Positions 8,403 to 14,809 of a DNA stretch of 24,000 nucleotides are shown one piece after another. This stretch comes from Candidatus Kuenenia stuttgartensis (lineage in GTDB: Bacteria > Planctomycetota > Planctomycetia > Isosphaerales > Isosphaeraceae). The position numbers were made by a program, and so were the translations under genes. The notes under the pieces were generated by a model. That model had not been told where the DNA came from. It saw only the letters and a list, made by a program, of their open reading frames with translations, and made no database searches. The stretch covers positions 16,021 through 40,020 of the forward strand of contig CAMBEP010000032.1 in the NCBI GenBank assembly GCA_945865635.1, given 5' to 3'. Position 1 is the stretch's first letter, and each line of letters opens with the position of its first letter.

Positions 8403-9443
8403 TTAATCGGCAGAGCCGTCGCAGCAACTTGTTCCGGGTGGTTTGGCCGTGTCACAAGATGAGACAGGTGCAGGTGATACAGATGAACGTCGTGGTGTCA
8501 GGCCAAGTGTGGCCAGCATGGCTGTATCGCGATCGACTGAGGGGTTTGGGGTGGTCAGCAGCTTGTCGCCCGCAAATATGGAATTGGCTCCGGCCAGAAA
8601 GCATAGGGCCTGCTCGGATTCAGGCATCTCCAGACGCCCGGCCGAGAGCCGTACCATGGCCGTGGGCATGATGATCCGCGCTGTGGCAATCATCCGCAGC
8701 ATGGACCAGACACTGACCTTGGGCGAGCCTTCCAGCGGCGTTCCTTCAATAGCCACAAGTGCATTGACTGGTACACTTTCTGGAGGTTCTGGCAAGTTGG
8801 CGAGTGTATTCAGCAGATCAATCCGGTCTTCATCGGTTTCGCCGAGGCCGAGAATCCCGCCACAACAGACCGATATCCCGGCGTTTCGGACAGCATCGAG
8901 CGTCCTCAACCGGTCATCATAGGTTCGGGTCTGGATCACTTGATCATAATGTGCGGCCGAAGTGTCCAGATTGTGGTTGTAAGCATAGAGCCCCGCCTGC
9001 TTCATCGCTGAGGCCTGCTCCGGGGTGACCATGCCGAGTGTGCAGCAGACTTCAAGCCCTTCGGCATTGACAGTGCGGATCATCTCCAGAACCTGGTCAA
9101 ACTGGGGCCCGCCTCGCACCTGACGCCATGCGGCCCCCATGCAGAAACGGGTCGCCCCCGAGGCCTTTGCACGCTGGGCAGCAATCAGGACATCGCTCAC
9201 CTGCATCAGGCCCTGGGAATCCACATTGGTCTGATATCGGGCCGCCTGAGAGCAGTAGGCACAATCCTCCGGGCAACCACCCGTCTTGATCGAAAGCAGC
9301 ACACAGACCTGAACATCGGTTGGATCATGATGGGCGCGATGCACCCCATTGGCCCGACCAATCAGCTCCAGAAGCGGCATGTGGTAGATGCTGGCAATCT
9401 CGGCACGATCAATTCGGCTTTGGCTTTGAGTCAAAACATTCAT
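8403..9443 (-). CDS. bioB: Biotin synthase (radical SAM)
   Basis: CPEDCAYCSQ is the radical-SAM CxxxCxxC motif, and the rest is BioB-like throughout (YNHNLDTS, GETxEDR). The track start at 9494 is TTG. ATG 9443 (MNVLTQSQ...) gives 346 aa. Confidence 0.95.
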   Translation of the reverse strand: MNVLTQSQSRIDRAEIASIYHMPLLELIGRANGVHRAHHDPTDVQVCVLLSIKTGGCPEDCAYCSQAARYQTNVDSQGLMQVSDVLIAAQRAKASGATRFCMGAAWRQVRGGPQFDQVLEMIRTVNAEGLEVCCTLGMVTPEQASAMKQAGLYAYNHNLDTSAAHYDQVIQTRTYDDRLRTLDAVRNAGISVCCGGILGLGETDEDRIDLLNTLANLPEPPESVPVNALVAIEGTPLEGSPKVSVWSMLRMIATARIIMPTAMVRLSAGRLEMPESEQALCFLAGANSIFAGDKLLTTPNPSVDRDTAMLATLGLTPRRSSVSPAPVSSCDTAKPPGTSCCDGSAD

Positions 9444-9516
9444 GACGTAAGGCAGTCTCGTTTTAGACGTTCCAGTGAGCGGGCGGTGTTGCAATCAGAA
9501 TCAGCCAGCCGGTCTC

Positions 9517-9687
9517 TCAACGACGGGAGGCTTTGCAGGCACCCCAAAGGGCACCAAATGTCAGGATTCCCCAGCCAGCATAGCCGTAAAATGGCTTGCC
9601 AGCGGCTTTTTCTTCAGTCTGCGCCTGGGCCACAGTCGGCAGGCCAAGCAGAACCACGGTCAGGCAGGTGCGGGCAATTCGGTTCAT
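9517..9687 (-). CDS. Candidate small secreted/membrane-anchored protein, 56 aa (below the ORF-track cutoff)
   Basis: My hand translation: MNRIARTCLTVVLLGLPTVAQAQTEEKAAGKPFYGYAGWGILTFGALWGACKASRR. It has a signal-peptide-like N-terminus with an AQA site and a C-terminal hydrophobic helix followed by KASRR. Its ATG (9685-9687) overlaps the TGA (9684-9686) of the upstream gene as ATGA. Third codon positions are mostly G/C. Confidence 0.45.
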   Translation of the reverse strand: MNRIARTCLTVVLLGLPTVAQAQTEEKAAGKPFYGYAGWGILTFGALWGACKASRR

Positions 9688-10262
9688 CGGGGTCCTCTGA
9701 CTTTTCTTCTTGGCGATAATCCCGCCAATTTCGGTGCGGATGTTTCAGACATCGGAAGCCACTCATTGAGTGGCCGAACACGGGACCGGAACGCTTCACG
9801 GGCCATGGCTACCGCTTTCCAAGCCATCCCACGCGATCGCAAGTGAGCCACGTAATCATCCAGTGCCACCGCCCAGAATCGGTAGACCAAGCCCCGAAAC
9901 GGAAACCCGGTGTCCGAACTCTCAGGCAGCGGGTAATCCTGAGACTCTTCAGCATACACGAAAACCAGCGCCGCGACAAAGCCCGGTCCAAACATCTGTT
10001 GCCAACGCTCCAAGCCCGCAAGGTCGTCCGTCGTCACCCAGTTCTCCCACGGACGCTTTCCGGAAGCATCCTTGGCAAGCTTCCCCTTGACCTCAACAAC
10101 CAGGTTTTTACCCATCCGGGGGTAAACCAAAAAATCGGGATTCTTCAGGGAACCCTCATCACTGACAGGCCGTCGCCATTCGTCAACAGCAACACACGGA
10201 ACATTCAGGCTCCGAATGTTTGCTTCGAACGCCGCTTCATAAAGATTCCACCGTCTGGCCAT
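9684..10262 (-). CDS. HYExAFE-like hypothetical protein with a PD-(D/E)xK nuclease-like core
   Basis: 192 aa. The N-terminus WNLYEAAFEANIRSLNVPCVAVDE matches my memory of the 'HYExAFE family' signature. PDFLVY...LVVEVKGK fits a D...ExK nuclease-fold motif. Function unknown. Confidence 0.7.
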   Translation of the reverse strand: MARRWNLYEAAFEANIRSLNVPCVAVDEWRRPVSDEGSLKNPDFLVYPRMGKNLVVEVKGKLAKDASGKRPWENWVTTDDLAGLERWQQMFGPGFVAALVFVYAEESQDYPLPESSDTGFPFRGLVYRFWAVALDDYVAHLRSRGMAWKAVAMAREAFRSRVRPLNEWLPMSETSAPKLAGLSPRRKVRGPR

Positions 10263-10324
10263 CCCCGGTTTCCTCCAGCCCCTGAAAATCGTTCGATACA
10301 GCCAATCGTCTCTCGATGCGTCGC

Positions 10325-10828
10325 CTATTTTCGGCGCCGGGCTGCCCGGCGTGCCTCAAGAAATGTTTCGCCGAAACTCATGATCGATTCAGGGGTCTCA
10401 AACGACTGTTCAAAAACCCATGGAGTATCGTATTCGCAGTCGTCCGACTTATAGTCGCGGCATACCTGTGGACGTGTATCGTAAATCCCGCACCGGTTGT
10501 CAGGCAAGAGGTATTGGCAAAGTGTCCAGACAACCAGATTCCAGCGGGTCACCGATTTCCCGTTTTTTGTCTCGCTCTCTGTGAAAATCACCGTCTGGCC
10601 ATGCGCCAGATACCAGCGGAATTCATCGAAATCCGCCTTCGATCTGGGAGTTTTGATCGGAACTGTAAAATAGCGACAACACTTGCCCACACAGTGGTTG
10701 CAGGGCGAATCATCCGGCGTGATCTCATCGCGGTGCAACAAGCCGGCAGGCATGTGGTCGGGACGTAAAATTGGCAACGAGATATTCTTAAGCGATTCCA
10801 AAGTATCTACCGGATGATTTTTTGACAT
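10325..10828 (-). CDS. YkgJ-family cysteine-cluster protein (CxxCxxCC zinc/iron-chelating domain)
   Basis: 167 aa. It contains CNHCVGKCCRYF (CxxCxxCC) and a second cluster, NRCGIYDTRPQVCRDY, which is typical of UPF0153/YkgJ. Confidence 0.85.
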   Translation of the reverse strand: MSKNHPVDTLESLKNISLPILRPDHMPAGLLHRDEITPDDSPCNHCVGKCCRYFTVPIKTPRSKADFDEFRWYLAHGQTVIFTESETKNGKSVTRWNLVVWTLCQYLLPDNRCGIYDTRPQVCRDYKSDDCEYDTPWVFEQSFETPESIMSFGETFLEARRAARRRK

Positions 10829-11488
10829 CAGTATTCCAGACTTTTTTGGAAACGGCTCTTGAGGTTCCAGCCCCTCATGATGCGAAATAATTCAAATTTC
10901 ACCAAGTCCATTCTCGATTTCCCCAACGGTGAACTCGCCCACCGCCTCAAACAACCATCCGAAAACGAGCACTACTTTAGGAATCGCAACCCCGGATGTC
11001 TCTACTATCCATCCGACATGCGATGTTTGATTCCACCTCTCCCCCAAAAAAGAACGAATCCTTAGGATTCTTCCTCCTGACCCTGAATTCCGTTTCGCAA
11101 AACGCCAATTTCTTACACCTGCATAAAGACTTGTGTCATTCCAATGGTGTTCGCAAAATGCCTCGTCTCTGGACTATCGCCCCGTGCCACCACTCAACCT
11201 GCCCGTCACCACTAAAAACTCTCAAAACTGTTTCGCACTGTGCGCCTTTCTATTTATGTAGTAACAAGTTGTGGAATATTAAATCAGTCGCCATCTGGTA
11301 TACGCATGTATTCATTCTTTGTCGTTACAATCGATTTTATCTGCTTGATCGCCCAAGTCAGTGTTATGGCCTCAAGAACCTCACGGCAAGCCTGGCTCTG
11401 AAGAGATCGGTCTTGGGTTCAGAGGTTCGTAAAACCGGTTGTCGGTTGCACTGCCACCATGTTCGCAAAACTTATCAGGTAAAAGTAA

Positions 11489-11887
11489 TTATGGTGATCG
11501 TTGATCACTTGGGAACTGGTTCTGGGCGAATTCGCTGTATGTGTAGAAGAGTTCTTCGCCGGCGCTTTCGGCTCGGTTTGTGACCAGCCAGCCGCATGTG
11601 TCATCCAGATGGCGGTCGAGGTTGTAGCGATCATCGCTGTGATTGATCAGCCCTGCAAACCCCCTTGGAATCACTAGATAAGGCCCGACCCGAATTTTGT
11701 AAAGGTCAGCATAGGCGGTGCACTGGTCGGCGATCGATCCGGAGTGGATGGCCAGTCCTCGGATCATCAAGCGTTCGCCTGCTGCCAGCGGAATCTTCGC
11801 GAATAGGCCGAGACCAGCGCCCGGGATTGTGGAACGAGCGATTTGGAACCGCTCATCGATCTCATCAAATAAAACAGGTGGGGCCAT
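11489..11887 (-). CDS. SET-domain protein (putative protein-lysine N-methyltransferase)
   Basis: Motifs: GAGLGLFAKIPLAAGERL, INHSDDRYN (NHSxxxN-like) and GEELFYTYSEF (GEELtxxY). The track start at 11911 is TTG. I prefer ATG 11887 (MAPPVLFDEI...). Confidence 0.85.
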   Translation of the reverse strand: MAPPVLFDEIDERFQIARSTIPGAGLGLFAKIPLAAGERLMIRGLAIHSGSIADQCTAYADLYKIRVGPYLVIPRGFAGLINHSDDRYNLDRHLDDTCGWLVTNRAESAGEELFYTYSEFAQNQFPSDQRSP

Positions 11888-11952
11888 GTGTAAATTCGGC
11901 TCGTGTCTCAAAAAAGTGGGATGGGATCGCCTTAACTTTTGGCCGATGCGTG

Positions 11953-12453
11953 TTATATTTCGTAAAACTTATTCCAGTGGAGGCTTATGGCTTCCATGGC
12001 GATGATTTCATCGACAAATTCTGGCTGTTGGGCCATGAAGTTGAGAAACTTGCAAACGGTAGCAGATTGCGCTTCATCGAGCAGTCTGAATCGCTGCATG
12101 TCGTATTCAGATAAGACTTTGTCATCATCAGAAAGTTTCAGGCTGTAGATCGTAAAGTCGAGCATGATCGAATCGCTGTGCTGATAATTTCTCAAGGCCC
12201 AAATCATGTAGGCGGGCAGGTAGTATTTCCAGCTTTGGGGGTCGAGGTGGCAGAGGGCCGCCGTGCAATCTTCCAGAGCTTCGTCGGGGACTTGGTCCCA
12301 ACTCAATTCTTGGTCAAGGGATCGGGCTTTCTGCTGGGCTTCTTCGTTGGAGTCGCTGTCGATCACTTCTGCCTGGTGCAGAGTGAGTTCTCCTCTGGGG
12401 ACTCCGGCGAATGCCGATTCAATCGATTGAATGATTTCAACAGGTGCATCCAT
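11953..12453 (-). CDS. DUF6714-like hypothetical protein
   Basis: Track ORF 11953..12633 would overlap the upstream gene. The internal ATG 12453 (MDAPVEIIQSIESAFAGVPRGELTLHQAEVID...WDQVPDEALEDC...SWKYYLPAYMIWAL) gives 166 aa. The pattern recalls DUF6714 from memory. It ends 41-65 nt before the SET gene start. Confidence 0.6.
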   Translation of the reverse strand: MDAPVEIIQSIESAFAGVPRGELTLHQAEVIDSDSNEEAQQKARSLDQELSWDQVPDEALEDCTAALCHLDPQSWKYYLPAYMIWALRNYQHSDSIMLDFTIYSLKLSDDDKVLSEYDMQRFRLLDEAQSATVCKFLNFMAQQPEFVDEIIAMEAISLHWNKFYEI

Positions 12454-12497
12454 GGATTCAAAGCCTTTGGGTTTTGTTCTGGCCGAAACGATGAAAT

Positions 12498-12528
12498 CAG
12501 GGTTCGGGTGGGCCACACCCGAACCCTG
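12498..12528 (-). terminator. Perfect 13-bp GC-rich hairpin between the PqaA-like and DUF6714-like genes (terminator, attenuator or RNA-stability element)
   Basis: cagggttcgggtg-ggcca-cacccgaaccctg. On the minus strand it lies 32 nt after the stop at 12560 and is followed by ATTTCATCGTTTC, only moderately U-rich. On the plus strand a T6 run begins 9 nt after the stem. Confidence 0.45.
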
Positions 12529-12559
12529 AGAGGATCTTTTTTGGATTCGACCGGAGGAA

Positions 12560-13927
12560 TTATCTGGCCGCAGCCTTGATATTCGGGATCTGCTGGAGAG
12601 CAGGCGGGACTTCTGACCGGTCGGACTCCGCAATTTGGGTGGAATAGTGGCACATCAGGCCATCGACTTCATAGGTCAGGTCGATCATCAGCACTTCCAC
12701 ACCCGTTTTTGGCTTGGTGCGATTGATGACTTGCTTGCCGTCCTTCTCTTCAATGGTGACGTCAACTTGCTCCCATTTCGACTTCCGGATGTCGCGATTT
12801 TTGGATGTCGCGACCCAAGCCTTGATAGAAACTGGCTTTGGGTTTGCAGAAACGGCGATGCCGTAAGTGGTCGTATTCGGCTTTTCAAGCAGTTCCCACG
12901 AGATTTCAGGCAGTTTTCGGCCGGTCACAGCCAAGCGATACAATCCGGAAACCGTGTTCAGGGCCCATTCACGATTCTTATCAAGTCCGTGGCCGGCGTT
13001 GGGCAGATAGCAAATGGTTTTAGGGCCTTTGAGGTCGCCGAAATAGAGCCGTGAGGCATCCTGGGTCCAGTAGGGGTCGTTGGTGCCGTGGATCAAGACT
13101 TTAGGAATCTTGGCCAGGTTGCCTTCACGGTAGGTGAATGGGTCGACCATTTTCCAGAGAACTTCGCCATCGGCCGTCTTGGAGGCCTGCATGATTCCGC
13201 GTTCGACATAATCGTGAATCTGTTCGCTGTATTTGCCCCAGACCTTCAGTTGATTGTCGCCCTGGGCGCCCAGATTGAGGGTGTCGATGACCATCGGTGC
13301 GATGGCGATCACGCGCGGGTCGGCAGCACCTGAAAGCCAGGTGGTCCAACCCCGCTTGCTGGCACCTGAGACGACGAATTGCTTGATTTCCGCCTTGTTG
13401 TTCTTCTTGGCCCACTCGGTGGTGGCGTCCATGGCCCGAACGGCGGATTTGGCCATCGGGAACAGCAGAGGCCAGGAGACATCCTTGGTATTGAGATACT
13501 GGATGAAGGTTTCCACGATCAGGGCATCTTCCTTGCGGTCGCCCATCAGTGGCTGGTTTGGCACATGGTTCAAAATGGCCACACGGGCTCGGGCGGCTTT
13601 GGCGATTGACATGGCGACGAGGCGGTCGCCGTCGCGTGGAGTGTCGCCAACGGAACCTCCACCGATAAAGAGAATGGCGGTTTCTGGATGGTCGATCACG
13701 CCTTCAGCAGGCTCGACAATCTCCAGGCGGTGCTTCCAGACGATGCCCTGCCACTTCTGGGAGTGCATTTTAAGCGTATGGATTTTGACCCCAAAGACGC
13801 TGGTTTCTTTTTCTTGTTCCCACTCGAACGAGGTATCGGCTTGTTTGATGTGGGCGTGCAGGTCAGCATGAGCCGATGTGGCGGCCAGGCTGGTCAGAAG
13901 CAAGGCCCAAAGGGTATGTTTGATCAT
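12560..13927 (-). CDS. PhoPQ-activated pathogenicity-related protein family (PqaA-type alpha/beta hydrolase), secreted
   Basis: 455 aa with signal peptide MIKHTLWALLLTSLAATSAHA. Family-typical blocks as I remember them: SQKWQ...WKHRLEIVEP, AILFIGGGS, VPNQPL, WPLLFPMAKSAVRAMD, FVVSGASKRGWTTWL, NAGHGL. Confidence 0.8.
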   Translation of the reverse strand: MIKHTLWALLLTSLAATSAHADLHAHIKQADTSFEWEQEKETSVFGVKIHTLKMHSQKWQGIVWKHRLEIVEPAEGVIDHPETAILFIGGGSVGDTPRDGDRLVAMSIAKAARARVAILNHVPNQPLMGDRKEDALIVETFIQYLNTKDVSWPLLFPMAKSAVRAMDATTEWAKKNNKAEIKQFVVSGASKRGWTTWLSGAADPRVIAIAPMVIDTLNLGAQGDNQLKVWGKYSEQIHDYVERGIMQASKTADGEVLWKMVDPFTYREGNLAKIPKVLIHGTNDPYWTQDASRLYFGDLKGPKTICYLPNAGHGLDKNREWALNTVSGLYRLAVTGRKLPEISWELLEKPNTTTYGIAVSANPKPVSIKAWVATSKNRDIRKSKWEQVDVTIEEKDGKQVINRTKPKTGVEVLMIDLTYEVDGLMCHYSTQIAESDRSEVPPALQQIPNIKAAAR

Positions 13928-14557
13928 CGGTTGCGGAACTCCAGATTTAAAGAGAGTGGAACGAGTTTCGCCTTCTTTAAGCCGGTCATTCGAAAAGGCG
14001 ATTGGAATGCTTACGGATTCTTATGGAGGAGGTGTGCTTTGAAGAGCAACTCTTATAGTGAACACGATTCGTAGATGGTTTGACTAGCCCCCTGTTTTGA
14101 TTCGTCTCAAAGAGTATTTTGGTTTACTTGCCCATACGGGTTGATCGGATGGTTTTGATCTGCCGGACTCGAAAGGTGTTAGGGAAGTCTAACAGCACAT
14201 CAGATAGCTCAATTTGGGATACGAGATCCTGGATTTTATACGTTCATATACTTTAGGCGATGACAATTGACTCATTGCCAAGGTTGAAAGCTTTTTAGGG
14301 TGCTTTGAAATTATGGGGAAATCGATGATGACATTGAAGTTCCAGACTCTCGAGGATGTGTCATTGCAGGCCGCGTTAAGTATAAACAAACAAAATTTTG
14401 GCTTGATCCGTGAATAAGCGTCTGGCAGTTCGGTTCAAAATGAGGAATCTTTAGGTAAATCAAAATTAAGACTTGCCTATTCATCAGCGGCGCAATAAAT
14501 TACCTTTTCTACCCATCTCACCCAGATTTTACGTCCATTGCTTCTGAAAGCGAGCCC

Positions 14558-14800
14558 ATGTTCAAGAGATTCTCGAAACTGAAGGTACAGGCCAGCAATT
14601 GCAAGTCAGTTGCAAGATATCGTAAAAATGATCATGTGCGTAAGCTGAGCTGGCTGATGCTTGAAGAGCGTCTCCAGATGGCGGCTTCAATCAACATTCC
14701 GATCAGCGATGGGCCACTGATTCAGGCCCCTGTGATTGAAAGTGTGAATGGTGTATTAAGTGCCAGCGTGGACATGGTTAGGGCGGGTCTTGCAGGTTAG
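14558..14800 (+). pseudogene. 5' segment of the multicopper-oxidase gene (leader plus the start of cupredoxin domain 1), ended by an in-frame TAG
   Basis: It is in the same frame as 14810..17317 (both coordinates are 2 mod 3). It encodes RKLSWLMLEERLQMAAS, an LExLExRxxLA-type leader common on planctomycete secreted proteins. It then encodes PVIESVNGVLSASVDMV, the usual MCO N-terminal strand. TAG is at 14798-14800. Confidence 0.65.
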
Positions 14801-14809
14801 GGCGAGTCG

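Noticed and set aside
8393-8455. N-terminal extensions offered by the ORF track (KAS to 8455, bioB to 9494, DUF6714-like to 12633, SET to 11911, small membrane protein from 1959)
   Set aside because: These longest-ORF starts are GTG or TTG codons. The first three also overlap the preceding gene. Internal ATGs give N-termini that match the family norm.
10996-11583. 195-aa plus-strand ORF filling the long gap and running into the SET gene
   Set aside because: The translation is rich in Cys, His and Arg and looks random. It has no motif, overlaps the 3' end of a well-supported gene on the other strand, and sits in a C-skewed region that suppresses stops in this frame.
14189-14417. 66-aa minus ORF (14189-14389) and a 34-aa plus ORF (14313-14417) in the AT-rich divergent promoter region
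   Set aside because: The composition is AT-rich, no motifs are present, no ribosome-binding or coupling evidence exists, and the two overlap each other.
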